From Sphyrna mokarran (taxonomy: Eukaryota): a stretch of 64,000 nucleotides of DNA. Position 1 is the stretch's first letter. Each line of letters begins with the position of its first letter. The notes beneath the pieces are model-generated. The model made no database searches. It saw nothing but the letters and a program-made list of their open reading frames with translations, and was not told the origin of the DNA. Location of the stretch: positions 620,001 through 684,000 of the forward strand of contig JAGIQG010000043.1 in assembly GCA_024679065.1 (NCBI GenBank), read 5' to 3'. Shown here piece by piece: positions 49,620 through 63,037 of this stretch. A program made the translations under genes and the position numbers.

Positions 49620-50930
49620 AAAGAACAAAGAACAAAGCAGCACTGCAAACGAGCCCACGCCGCAACCACCTCTACCTGTGATCCCTGTCTATGTTTATAG
49701 ATCTATGGATTAAAAACCAAATTTGAGACACTTTAGGGAGAATTTGTTTTGCCAATTAGCCTAAGAGCACATCTTTGGGATGTGGGAGGAAACTGGAGCA
49801 CCCAGAGAAAACCCACGCAAGCACGGGCAAAATGCGCAAACTCCCACAGACACAGGCCCAAATCCACAGCAATAGTCACTGAGCTGTCATGTTGCCCATC
49901 AAATGATCCAGCTCAAGCGTACACTAACGACGTGAAGCACTAAGATAATCTCGAAGAAATCCAAGAGCAGCCCTCTCACGACCCATCTCCTGTACGCCCC
50001 TTGTTAGACAACAAGGTGGACCAAAGCACCTGTAGGACAAAAACAAGTACATCAATAACATCATCTATTCTTCACAGGGAGTCCCATGGCTCATGATCTC
50101 TATTTTAAATCAGATTTCCATACCCTTCCATTCCCATTCTCTTCATATGCCCATCTAGCTATTTCTTAAATGACTCCAGAGGGCCTGCTTCCACACTTCA
50201 CTTGGCAGCGCATTCCATACCCCCACCACCCTCTGTGTGAAAAATCTCCCTCTAACATCCAAATTATACCTTAGACCCCTCACCCTAAGCTTGTAACCCG
50301 TCGTGCCATTTGAGACAATCCTAGGAAAAATCTTAACCCTGTTTACTCTATCTGTACCTCTCATAATCTTGTACACTTCTATTAGATCTTCTCTAAGTCT
50401 ACGTCTTTCTAAGGAAAACAGTCCCAATTTGCCTAACCTCTTCTCGTAACTCAGAACTTCCATAGCAGGCAGCATCCTGGTAAACCTCCTCTGCACGCTC
50501 TCCAGAGTCTCCACGTCCTTCCGGCAGTAAGACGATCAAAACTGAACGCAGTATTCCAAATGAGGTGTGACCAACATTTTATACAACTGCAACATTGAAG
50601 GCCAGCTCTTGTACTCTATACCCCTTCCTATAAAGGCTAGCATGCCATATTCTTTCTTCACAACCTTCTCAACCTGCTTTGCCACCTTCAGAGACTTGTG
50701 CATCAGCACCCGCAGGCCCTCTGCGTTTCTATACTCTTAAAAGGTCGACCTTTATCATATTCCTCCCCCCTATATTCTTTCTCCCAAAATGCATCACCTC
50801 GTATTTATCAGGATTGAATTCCATCTGCCATTTATCTGTCCAAGCTACCCGCCTATCTATGTCCTGCTGCATCGCCTGACAATGCTCCTCACTATCCGCA
50901 AGTCCAGCCATCTTTGTATCATCTGCAATC
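49620..50930 (-). mobile_element. CR1-C-like LINE with long 3' UTR (right arm only)
   Basis: ORF 50155-50514 ([13 protein letters not shown]) is continuous with the V-SINE-containing UTR; empty site at ~40735. Confidence 0.85.
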
Positions 50931-53668
50931 TTGTTCTGTTGGAATGCAACCAAGGGTACTGAAGGAGATGGTGGTAGAAATAACATATTCAGTAGTGTAC
51001 TCTGGGTTTTACCCTGCAGATTGGAAACACGCAGACATGAAGAGAATGTGCAAATTCCATTCAGACAGTGATCCGAGCTGAGAATCCAACCCAGGTCACT
51101 GGAGCAGTGAAGTAGCAGGGCTAACAACTGTGCTGCCGTACTGCCAATGTATGTGACTTTGTCTCATTCCGATGACATTTTTCACTGTTTCGTTACCATA
51201 TTATTTATAATAAAATTGGATCATGCTTATGATTTGAAGTAAACTGACGATATAAAGATAGACCCACCTTCAGCACTCTACCTACCCTAAAAACGCAGTG
51301 AAATTAGGCGAGAGAGAGAGAGAGAAACACATAGATCTTCAGTCATAGAACAAGTGAAAACTTGCAGCACCGAAGTTGCTCATTGGAATCATCCTGTCCA
51401 CGCCAGCTGGAGATTTACCAGGTGCCCTTTTCCAATCCAGTGATACAAGATGACAAATTGGATCAATTATTGATGTGGAAATGTTCACTTTTCTGGAAAC
51501 TTAAATTACAAGTTCCATTCTCTAAATACAAATTTTCATTATACAAAGAAAAAAATAAGTGTTAAAACAGTCAACTCTACCCTTCAAATTAGCGCAGGTT
51601 ATTTTGTGTTGATGTAAGTAAATTCGATTTTGTGAGTTTGTAATTACTTTCTCGTAATTAATTCTGGCGACACTGGTCCTGTATCTTAATGTGTGTTAGA
51701 GGAATAAGTTTTATAATATTTAGCAAACCAAGTATTTTCAATCATTGATGTAGGATGCACTTTATGGACTTCATGATATTGTCGTAACTTTGTAATCTTC
51801 ACGAATCTTTTTCAGGTTTCCTTATTGACCTGGAGAAATGACTGCCAGAGACAACGAAGATATACTCTGCCAAAAGAGTTCCCTCAACGTAACACGTTGA
51901 TAAGAACCTGTCTCATTGAAAATCTACTTGAGATATTAGAGCACATGTAGAAAATAGAAGTGGAAGACTGTCTTTCTGCCCTTTGAACCTGCTTTGCCAA
52001 TCCTGATGATCATGGTTAGCAATCAAAAGGAATTATTTTCCGAAATGTTTTCCAAATGCAATAAAATGCATGGATTGGATTATAAAATTAATAAAAGTCT
52101 AGAGTACAGTAAGAACAATGATCGCAATGGTATGGATTTATTTTTAAAAGAAAGAGCTTTCTTGCATTAAAATTGAGAGGCTAATTCAGTTTACCATTTT
52201 GATTCGTGTAAATATGCCAGGTGGAATTCTGCTCTGTTAACGGTTATTACTCTCTTGTTGTAATGGGACAACACTGTGAAAGGGACAGCAAATTTGTGGT
52301 TTGTTACCAAGTCTAAGGACGTGAGCAGCATGGGACCCAAATTATTTTACCGCACCTGCATCAAAAACAGAAATATCCAAGCAAACGAATGAAAGCTTCA
52401 GGAGATATTTTGGGGTTTTATTGAAATTCTGTTGAACTGCATGAAGTGATCAAGTGCACGTGGTATGTTTGAACTTCAAGAAAACGCCTGACAAAGCCCC
52501 ACCGAAGAGATTATCATAGAAAATTAAAGCAGACGGGATTGGCACAAGAGTATTATCATGGATAGAAAACTGGTCGGCAGTTAGGAAACAAAGTGCAGGA
52601 ATTAATAGGTGATTTTCCACTAAATGGTTAGTGCCAAAAGAATCGGTGCTAAACTATTCACCATATATAATTATTGGCATGAGAGAACAACATATAAGAA
52701 CTCAAAGTTTGCAGAAGATAACAATAGGGGGAGGGGAGAATTGTGACGAGCATTGAGGTATCTTTTAGAACGATTTGCACAGTTGGGGCGAGTGCGCAAA
52801 TCAATGGCAAACCCAGTACCATGTGGGCCAATGTGAGATTATTCACTTTGGAAGCAAAAACAGGAAGGAACTTCACAACTTGAATTGTGAGAGAAGAGTT
52901 TGTAGCGGGATCTGGGTGCCCTTGTGCTCCAGTCACTAAAGATAGACATGGAGGTGTAGCAGGCGATGACAAAAGCAAATCGCATGTTGGCCTTTATTTG
53001 AGAGATTTTGAATACAGGAGCAGGGATGTGTTGTTGCAATTAAATAGAGAGTTCATGAGGCCACACCAAGAGTATTGAGTGCTTCTGTTGGTCTCCTTGT
53101 CTGGGGAAAGATGTTCTTGTTCTTAATGGAATGCAGTAAAGGTACTTTGGCTGATTCTGGGGATCACAGGATTGATGTATGAGGATAGATTGACGAGGTT
53201 AGCTCTTTTTCCGGGAGAGTACAGACGAATGAGGGGAAACTCATAGAAACTTGTGAAGATCAAATAGGACTACAGATGATAGATACTGAGAACATATTTC
53301 TGATGATAGGCGAGCCTAAACACAGAGCTCACAGTCTGGAGATAAAGGGTAGACCAATTAGGACAGACACGAGGAGACATTTCTTCAGCCAAAGGGTAGT
53401 GAACTTTTGGAATTCATTACCACAGAAGGTAGCTGATGGCAAAAGATTGAACTCAGTCAAGAGACAGTAAGACATAGCACTTGAGGTGAATGGAGTCAAA
53501 GGTTATGGGGAAAAAAGCAGGATTAAGTTGTTCAGTTGGATGATCAGCCATAATTGCAATAAATAGTGCAGCAGGCTTGAAGGGCCAAAGAGCCGTTCAA
53601 ACCCTTCATAGAATGGTTTTCTATGTTTATATGTTGCTATGATCTGGGAACGATCGATTTTCTTCTGC

Positions 53669-56600
53669 TCAGAAATCAGTTGTTTTATTGTAAATAAATT
53701 TTGCAATTGCAATAATCGGATATTTCAACACAATTTTGAACTGCTCCCTGAATCTTCTCTGAGTCACCCCATAAATAAATGTGTTTGTGCAGGAACTTAA
53801 ATTCTGCAGCATAAATCCAACCCGGGAAAGTATGTTGAATGAGTCGGTGTAATCTAGAAGTGTTGTTTCAGCAAAGGTATAATATAGGAATTCCACAAAA
53901 TATACCATCCACAGAAGGATAAAACTGCCTGAAATTGCAAAAAGTAGCACAGCAGACTTCTTCCTGTTCTCTATCTCTGGATCATTGTGGTTCTCTCCAT
54001 TCTTCTGTCCTCTCAGGGTACTGCGGATTTTGCTGGTCAGTAATATGTGTCTGACTGTCAAAGTATTGAGCAGTAATATTAAAAAGAATGGGAGTATTGG
54101 GGTTAAAACTGTGTCAAACCAATCAAAGGCTATCCATCCTGGCTCAACAACATAACTTCGTTTAACAGCACAAAACCATGGCTTATTGTCAATTATGTCA
54201 TAAGGTTCATATACAAAATACCAAACAGTGCTTTTCGAACTCAGCAGAGCGCATGTCGTTGCTATGACAAGAGACGCAGTTCTCTTTGTGCAATATTTTG
54301 TTTTCTGCTTGTGGCAACAAATAGCAATGAAGCGATCAAACGTGAAACAAACTGTTAACCAAACGGAGCTGTCTCTGGAGGCACGTGCCAAAACAACAAC
54401 AACTCTGCACACAGGAGTAAGGGAGAGTAAAGATCCAGGGTTAAATTGATAACCTATCCGAAATAGTATGATCTCTGTGATAATAATCAGCAGATCGGTC
54501 ACGACCATTGCCAGCATGTAGGTCGTGATACATTTGGATAGACCACACTTTTCTCGAGTCAGCGTCACAATCGCAATCAAGTTAACTGTAAAAAGAAAGA
54601 AAAAAAGGAAAAAGGTAGAGAATGTGGAATGAGGTTCAAAGTTATTCTCACTCTCGTATACAATTCTAAACAATTCTATCTGTAAGCATTGCATTGGAAA
54701 TATAATAAGTTCCAGCACGACAGCATGCAGTGGTGTCAGCGTAATGCCAATCGACAATGGGAATTTCAGACCTGTGGCACACACCGTGAGAAAAAAGCAT
54801 TGTTCTCTCTGTTGGGAGGTCTGTAGTTAATCCCCATCATTGTGAATGTACCCTCCCTATTCCTGAATGCTATCCAGATTGCCTCGTATTATGAGCACTC
54901 CGAGGTTTCCTCTCGAAGTATAGCTATGATATTCTGGTTAACCAGTAGTGGAACATTCTCCCCCCTCTTTTTAAAATTTTGTCCTAATCTGCCTGATACA
55001 TCTGTACCCTGGAAAAGTAAGCTACCAATCATCTCCTTTGCTTAACCAAATCTCTGTAGTGGCGTCAAGATCATAATTCCAAGTGCTAATCCAAGCGCCA
55101 AGATGATCTGCTTTACATAGAACATAGAACATAGAACATAGAACAATACAGCACAGAACAGGCCCTTCGGCCTTCGATGTTGTGCCGACCAAAATAAAAA
55201 GCAATGCCCCTCCTAACTAAACCATTCCCTTCTCATCCATATACTTATCAACTAACCTCTTAAACGCCACCAAACTTGGCGCATCTACAACAGCTGCAGG
55301 CAGGGCATTCCACTCCCTAATCACTCTTTGAGTAAAGAACCTACCTCTGATATCCGTCCTATAACTCATACCCCTTAATTTAAAGCTGTGTCCCCTCGTG
55401 CTAGCTTTCTCCATCCTAGGAAAAAGGCTATCACTGTCCACCCTATCTAAACCTCTAATCATCTTATATGCTTCAATAAGATCCCCTCTTAGCCGCCTCC
55501 TTTCTAACGAAAACAACCTCAATCCTTCAACCTCTCTTCATAGGACCTGCCCTCCATACCAGGCAACATCCTGGTAAACCTCCTCTGTACCCTCTCCAAT
55601 GCCTCCACATCTTTCTTATAATGTGGCGACCAGAACTGCACACAATACTCCAAGTGCGGCCGCACTAGAGTTTTGTACAGTTGCAACATGATGCTGCGGC
55701 TCCTAAATTCAATCCCCCTACCAATAAAAGCTAAGACTCCATATGCCTTCTTAACAACTTTATCCACTTGACTGCCTACTTTCAGGGATCTATTGACACA
55801 TACACCAAGATCCTTCTGTTCCTCAACACTATTAAGAGCCCTACCATTAGCCCTATACTCTACACATTTATTGTTCCTGCCAAAGTGCATTACCTCACAC
55901 TTTTCCACATTAAACTCCATTTGCCACCTCTCGGCCCAGCTCTGCAACTTGTCCAAGTCACTCTGTAAACTAAAACACCCCTCTTCACTATCTACCACTC
56001 CACCAACTTTAGTATCATCTGCAAATTTACTGATCCATCCCTCAATACCCTCATCCAGATCATTTATAAAAATTACAAACAGCAGGGGCCCCAAAACAGA
56101 CCCCTGAGGCACACCACTCGTCACCGAACTCCACGATGAATATCTCCCATCAACCACCACCCTCTGTCTTCTATCTGCCAGCCAATTCCTAATCCAATTA
56201 GCTAAATCACCCTCTATTCCACACATCTGCATTTTCTGTAGAAGTCTTCCATGGGCCACCTTATCAAACGCCTTACTAAAGTCCATATATACTACATCAA
56301 CCGCCTTACCCCCATCCACCTCTCTGGTCACTTTCTCAAAAAACTCAATGAGGTTAGTAAGGCATGACCTACCCTTCACGAAACCATGCTGACTATCCCC
56401 AATCAATTCATTTCTCTCTAAATAACTATAAATCCTATCCCTAATAATTCTCTCCAATACCTTGCCCACCACAGAAGTAAGACTCACTGGCCTATAATTC
56501 CCAGGAAGGTCTCTCTTCCCCTTCTTAAACAATGGGACCACATTCGCTATCCTCCAGTCCTCCTGAACCACACCCGTAACCAACGAGGACCTGAAGATCA

Positions 56601-59600
56601 GAGCCTGATCTTGTTACAGTTGTATCTGTTACAGTTACATAGAACATTACAGCACAGTACAGGACGTTCAGCCCAGGTGTGTCAAATCACAAGATCAAGT
56701 TATCCCCTCCCTATAACTCTGGAGTGCTCTATGTGCCTATCCAATAACCGCTTGAAAGTTTCCAAAGTGACCCATACCTCTACCTAAGACGGCTATTTAT
56801 TCCACATCCCAAACACTCTCTGAGTAAAGAATCTACTTCTGGCATTCCTCCTATAACTCCCACCGAGAAATTTATAGTTATGCCCCCTAGTAATAGCCGC
56901 ACACACCCGAGGAAATAGTCTCTACGTGTCCATTCTATCAAACCTCTCATCATCATATAAACCTCTATTAGTTCGTTTCTCATCCTCCTCTGCTCCAAAG
57001 AGAAAAACCTCAGCTCGCTCAGATTATGGGCAGCACGGTAGCACAGTGGTCAGCACTGCTGCTTCACAGCGCTAGGGTGCTCGGTTCGATTCCCGGCTTG
57101 GGTGACTGTCTGTGTGGAGTTTGCACATTCTCCATGTCTCTGGTTGGGTTTCCTCCGGATGATCCAGTTTCTTTTCAAAGATATGCGAGTTAGGTTCATT
57201 GGATGTGCTAAAATTGCCCCGTAGTGTCTTGAGATGTGTAGGTTAGAGGGATTAGAGGGTAATTGTATGGGAATAGGGCCTGAGTGGGATTGTAGTTGAT
57301 GCAGACTCGATGGACCGAAGGGCCTGCTTCTGCATTGTAGTTTTCTATGTTCTTTCCTCATATGACCTGTCCTCCAAATCATGCAGTATCCTGATCGATC
57401 GCCAATGCTTCCATTTTATATATATATAATGAGACCAGAACTAAACACAATACTCCAAATGTGGTCTCACCAACGTCCTGTATAGTTGCAGTTTAACCTC
57501 ACGGCTCTTAAACTCAAACCCGCTGTTAGTAAAGGCTAACACACACTATAAGCTTTTTCACGGCTCTGTCGACGTGAGTGGCAACTTCAGAGATTTGTGG
57601 GTATGAAACCCAAGATCTCTCTGTTCCTCCACATTCCTTAGAACCCTGACGTTAACCCTGTAATCTGCATCCAAATCTGTCCTACCAAAATCAATCACCC
57701 CACACTTATCTGACGTTATACTCCATCTGCCACTTTTAACCCCAGCTCTGCATCCTATCAATGTCTCTTTGCAGCCTGCAAGAGCCCTCCACTTCATTCA
57801 CTACTCCCCCAATCTTGGTGTCATCAGAAAATTTACTAACCCACCCTTCAGCCCCTTCTTTCAAGTCATTGATAAAAATCACAAAAAAACAGAAGACCCA
57901 GCACTGACCCCTGTGGTACACCGCTGGTAACTAATTTGAAAAGAATATGCACTTCAGCCAACCAAACTCTCTTTGGTCAGTAATCGCATCCTGGTTGGTC
58001 TTCCTTTGAGTGCTACTGGCCCTAATATCTATTTCCCCTTTAGTTATCCATTGCATTGCTTTTCACCTCATTGCCAAATTAGTTTAAATCCTCCCTTGTG
58101 ATACTAGCAAACCACACGGCCAGAATATTTATGCCCCTCTAGTTTAGACGCAACCCATATTCTTGTACAGGTCCCAACTGTGCCGGAAGAGTTCCCAATG
58201 GTCCAAATGTCTGAATACTTCCTCCCTACGTCAACTGTTTGGCAATGTGTTGAACTGTGAAATCTTCCTATCTTTACTCTCACTGGCACGTTGCAGTCGG
58301 AGTAATTTTGATAATACAACACCAGAGTTCCGACTTTTTTCAATTTCCACCTAACTCTCTAAACTGCTGCTGCAGTGGCTCATCACTGTTCTACCTATGT
58401 TTTTAATAGCAATATGTACCACGACATCTGGTTGCTCATTTTCTTCCTTCAGAATGTTTTCAGCACGTTTACAAGTATCCTGGACCCTACCACCAGCGAG
58501 ACAACATAATATCCTGGAGTCTCTTTCATGTCCATAGAAGCACCGACCTGTACTCCTAATTGTCGTGCTTTCCAAAGAACAACAAAGAACAAAGAGCAAC
58601 ACAGCACGGGAAACAGGCCCTTCGGCCCAACGAGCCCGCGCCGCTATCCTAACGTCTTAATGACATATCCATGACTTTAGGCTTTGCCTATTGTGGAAGA
58701 TTCCCATATAGGGACCAATATAGGGACAATTTGTTACCCAATCAGCCTAAGAGCACATTTCTGGGATGTGGGAGGAAAACGGAGCACCCGGAGAAAACCC
58801 ACGCAACCATGGGGAGAACGCGCAAACTCCCGCAGACACAGGCCCAAATCTTTGTGTCTGCACAGCAACAGCGATAGTCTCTGAGCTGTCATGTTGCCCA
58901 TCAGATGGTCCAGTTTAAGCATACACTAACGACTTGAAACACTAGGCCACTCCTGAAGCAACATCCAAGAGCAGCCCTCGCACGACCTGCCGAATGCACG
59001 CACCTTGTTGGTCAACAAGGTGGACCGAATTGCCTGTGGAAACAAATAATTGCCTGTGGAAACATATATATATATTGCGCTAGTATCTATTATTTTCCCC
59101 AATTGTCATAAAAATACCAGCGCATTGAAAAGATTTTTGATGCCAAAGAGGATTTGATGTCAGCCAAAGAGGAAACAACTGTACCGATAAAACTGTAGAA
59201 AGTTTATTAGTACAAGATCGTGTGTGAACATAAACTACAGGTGTAGCTGCGTTTCAAATTAGCGATAGTACAAACGCTAATTAGTGAACTAGATATAGGA
59301 ACAAACATCAGGAGAGGACAAACAGGTGCAGGAGAAATATGGAGGGTAGAAACGCCTGGTGGTATATGGGAAAAGACTTTGCTAGAAATATACACAGATA
59401 ACCTCACACAGGAAACGATAAAATAATCAGATTAATTAGAGAATGTTGATATTGGAAAGGTATGGGAGAAGATATAGCGGACTTCTATGCTACGAGACTA
59501 CAAAGTGATACAGATATTGGAAGTCAATGGGAAAAAAATTGGCAAATTGACAGTCATGAGGAAATTGTGAAATTGCTCTTCTGTAGGAAGACAAAAAAAA

Positions 59601-60465
59601 AGCATTTTATCCACATAATGCGTCATTTCAGAGCTCAGAGATGCGGCAGGATGTACTAGTTCATGAACACAAATTTGTAGTTTGCAGGTATAAAAAGTGC
59701 TTAGGAAAGTTAATGCAATGCCACCGTTTAGCGTGAGGGGAATTGAGCATTACCATCGGGGTGTGATTTTCCAATGGCACAGGACATCTGTGAGCCAAAA
59801 TCTAGAGTGCTGCGTGTGGAAGTCATTTTCTTATAAAACGGTGGATGTGAATGTGCAGGAGGAAATTTAAAGTTTAATCAATTAAATCCTGGAATGGTTG
59901 TCTTTGACTGAGTTTTAGACAATCTCGCCCTGTATCCACTGGAACTTAGGAATAATTAGAGATGTCGTGAATGAAGCATTTATGAGTCCCGGGAATCTTA
60001 ACAATTTTCATTTGGAAATGATGGTTCCTCTTGAGCGAGAACCTCTAGTTATTTGTCATTGTTTACTCGGAAATGGTAGGACATTTATGATCGAGTTCAG
60101 GAAATACTTCATTCATTAAACATTGTTCTATGTCTCTGAGGCAATAGTATTTCAAACTCATAACCGTCTTTCCCAATTCATTTCCAACTGTGTCTAAACT
60201 TGGAATTTTGTTAACAGCTAAAATTTCATCGTAAATGGAAAGATTAAAACAGCAAAGTAAACAAAAACCGAGGTTTAAGAAAGTACATACTTCAGCTGGT
60301 AGGTCAGTATAGGAATTCTAGTGAAAAGTAAGTGATAGATGGACCACAATGATAGAGCACATTTGTATATAATTAGTAAATGATTAAATACTCACCAGGA
60401 ACTCCAACTGCTGCGAGTGTAGGATAGTAAAAATACTCTATTGGAAGAATGAATAAATATTCCAT
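53669..60465 (-). CDS. GPR139/GPR142-like class A GPCR, copy B, 328 aa; join(60465..60396, 54585..53669)
   Basis: Exon 1 MEYLFILPIEYFYYPTLAAVGVP with donor ctg/gtgagt (phase 1) splices in frame to (V)NLIAIVTLTREKCGLSKCIT...; typical two-exon layout of the expanded elasmobranch GPR139-like family. Confidence 0.88.
55116..56606 (-). mobile_element. Young CR1-A LINE in the GPCR-B intron (absent from the left arm)
   Basis: 354-aa RT ORF plus 101-aa C-terminal ORF separated by one frameshift; near-identical to 43661-45140. Confidence 0.95.
57027..57352 (+). mobile_element. HE1/V-SINE-like SINE inserted in an older CR1
   Basis: gggcagcacggtagcacagtggtcagcactgctgcttcacagc head; CR1 sequence on both sides. 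Confidence 0.85.
58580..59060 (-). mobile_element. CR1-C 3' UTR copy
   Basis: (aaagaac)n tail; same block as 6980-7425. Confidence 0.75.
59200..59495 (+). mobile_element. Possible degenerate LTR-retrotransposon integrase fragment
   Basis: From 59402: PHTGNDKIIRLIREC*YWKGMGEDIADF, which resembles the integrase zinc-binding HxG...YWxxMxxDI segment. Confidence 0.45.
60396..60465 (-). CDS. GPCR copy B coding exon 1
   Basis: 70 nt, YYPxLAAVGVP motif, consensus GTGAGT donor. Confidence 0.85.
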
Positions 60466-62778
60466 GACTGAGAAATAGTGTCATGTATCCACCTGAAACG
60501 ACAGCTCCAGTCAACACTCAATGTTTTTGTTGGAAGGAAGGCTGAATTTAGTAGATTCATGTCACTACTGAGAATATTATACCCCAGATGATTATTGTTG
60601 CAATCAGTCATGCGAACAAACATGTTACACCTGCGCAGTTGACTCCGAAAAAAGAAGTGATCTATAAAATGACCTTCAAAAATAAGGTGTCAGTATTCAA
60701 TCATTTAGCTAGAATCTTGTCAAAATCAGAATCAAGAATTCATCCAACAATTATCAGAAAATAATTTTAAGTTTCCCTTGAGAAAACCTCTTCAAAACTC
60801 CCCTTTTATTTCCATATACCGTTACTTGAGTCAGCAAATATGTGTTGTACCAAAAGCACAGACAGCTCTATTTCACAGTTCACGAGTCACTTTATTTTTC
60901 ATATGTTTATTCGAGAATCATTACAGATCACAATCATGAATGCAGTGCGGACTTTTGTTGAAGTGATGTGCGGCACTGTGCATTGTGATAACTCCTTCTG
61001 TAGCATAGCATAAGGGACCAGTTTTAAATTTACGGCTTGGGTCACTTTCTTTCTGGTGTATGCACGTTCATCGCGAATTCTTAATTCTGGATTTATTTCA
61101 ACTTGATTCACATTTAACTATCTGCCGTGGTGGGATACGTTCCCTGCTCTCCATTAGCTGACTCGCTGAAGGACGAGTCTAGCTGTAATTCCACTAAGCG
61201 TCGGAATCAAGGTGCGAACATTTACTCGGATTTTATTTTTTAAAAAAAAACAGCATTAAAAGTGCTCTGTGGTGAAAGAAAATAATTCTCAAGGGCATTG
61301 AGAGAAAGCCGAGAGTTTCGACTAAATTGCAGTTTCATACAAACGGCACTGCTTGACGGGCAGAATGGCCTCTTTATGCGCTGGAAATTGCCACACTTCT
61401 GAGCTTCGTGTCTGTAAAATCCATTTACCCGTCTGTAAAATCAGACGGCTCGCTCTTCATCCACTGATTTCGTCACCTCCTCAAAAAACTCTACCAGATT
61501 TGTACGGCACGACCTCCCCTTAACAAATCCATGCTGCGTATCCCTAATCAGATGGCAACGCTGTAAGTGCCTATACATCCTATCCCTAAGAATCCCCTCC
61601 AACATCAGATTGGATTGCAGATAATGTTATTTTCAGGATTAAATATACGCGTGTGCAATAGCAGGGTACAACCAATTAAGGCTCTGGACACATTTAATCG
61701 TATAGATTTCATTTTCATAAAGCCGACATTCCCAGCCAGTTGGTAACATCCCTTGTTAGTCGTTAAGCATGGAGAATGAAAGGAGAGGGTGCATATTGTA
61801 GTGTTATATTGATAGCTAAGGGGCAGAGAAAAATCACCTTAATATAAATCAGGTCAATTCTAATGTCTGAGTTTAGTAGGAAGAAGCTTTCCTTGCGTGG
61901 GTTAGCGCATGACTTCAGAATTCTGAATCTTTTTTTCCCGAAGGAAGAAAGTGGAAAATCACACATCCAGGAGTTCTTGATTATGCCAGCTCGTTTTACA
62001 TAGAGATATAGAAGATCGCAGCAGGAGGAGGTAATTTGGCACTTCGAATCTGCTCCACCATTTAAAATTAAATGGACATGACTGATCGTCGAGCCCAATC
62101 GCCTAATCCTGCTTTCTCTCCATAACCTTCGGCCCCAAGTGGCATATCTGGCCGCCTGTTGAATGCATTCAGTGTTTTGGCATCAACTACTTGCTGTGGT
62201 AATGAAATCCAATGGTTCACCACACTTTGGATGCAGAAATGTCTACTCACCTCTGCGCTAAATGGTCCACCCAGGAACCACAAACTCCACCCCTGGTTCT
62301 GCACTCCCCCACTATTTGAAACATCCTGTCTGCATCTACCCTGTTTATTCTTATTAGGGTTCTATAAGTCTCTATGAAATGCCCGTCATTCGTCTGAATT
62401 CGAATGAAAAATACCCGAAACTATTCAATCGCTCCTCACACATCAATCCCGCATTCCCGAAATACGCCTGATAAACTTTTGCTGCACTCCCTCAAGAGCA
62501 AGTACAATTTGCCAAAGTGGAATGTCTCCTGCTCTATCCAGGACCAAAAGAACAGCTCGAGTCCCATCCCTCAAACCAGCCTTCCATCCATTGAATCCGT
62601 CTGCACTTTCCATTGTCTTCGAAAAACAGCCAGCATAATTAAGGACCCCACACGTCGCGGACACAAGTAAGGCTTAGATTAACACTTTAATGAAGTTACT
62701 GTGAAATTCCCCTGGAAAGCGACTTGTGCCACTAATGCTTAAACATTAACTTGGCTGTTGCGATTTTCATTGTCTCAC

Positions 62779-62848
62779 CTGTCAAATACTCACCATGAGC
62801 CAACAACACATGGAAAATGAATATCAGGGATACCGATTGCTGGGACAT
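62779..62848 (-). pseudogene. Orphan leader exon of a paralogous VJ-C1 receptor gene (MSQQSVSLIFIFHVLLAHGEYLT)
   Basis: Homologous to 12723-12792: same 70-nt length, ATG and cag/gtgaga donor. Flanks are also homologous (62722-63036 vs 12662-12985). No V or C exon found downstream. Confidence 0.8.
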
Positions 62849-63037
62849 TTTTCAGAGGTGAGCAATATTTCCCTGTTTCCACCCACCAAAGTTTATTGAT
62901 TGGGCGGTCAAGGACTAATCTGGATCTCAGTCCCAGTAAATTGTTGCACACTAAGACTGAACGAAAACTATGACAAGAGAAAATGGAAAATATGACACAG
63001 TGATGGTAACATTGCGCTGCCGAATGGCACATGCCAT

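Larger units (their letters stand above)
29768..58345. repeat. Large degenerate inverted segmental duplication (left arm ~29768-47977, spacer ~280 bp, right arm ~48260-58345)
   Basis: Colinear mirror-image homology of unique sequence, e.g. 29768-29945/58345-58165, 30390-32165/55115-53350, 35881-37660/52760-51030, 40735-40937/49620-49415, 46378-47977/49420-48260. Confidence 0.92.

Noticed and set aside
60261-60269. Perfect RSS nonamer ACAAAAACC
   Set aside because: No heptamer 12 or 23 bp upstream.
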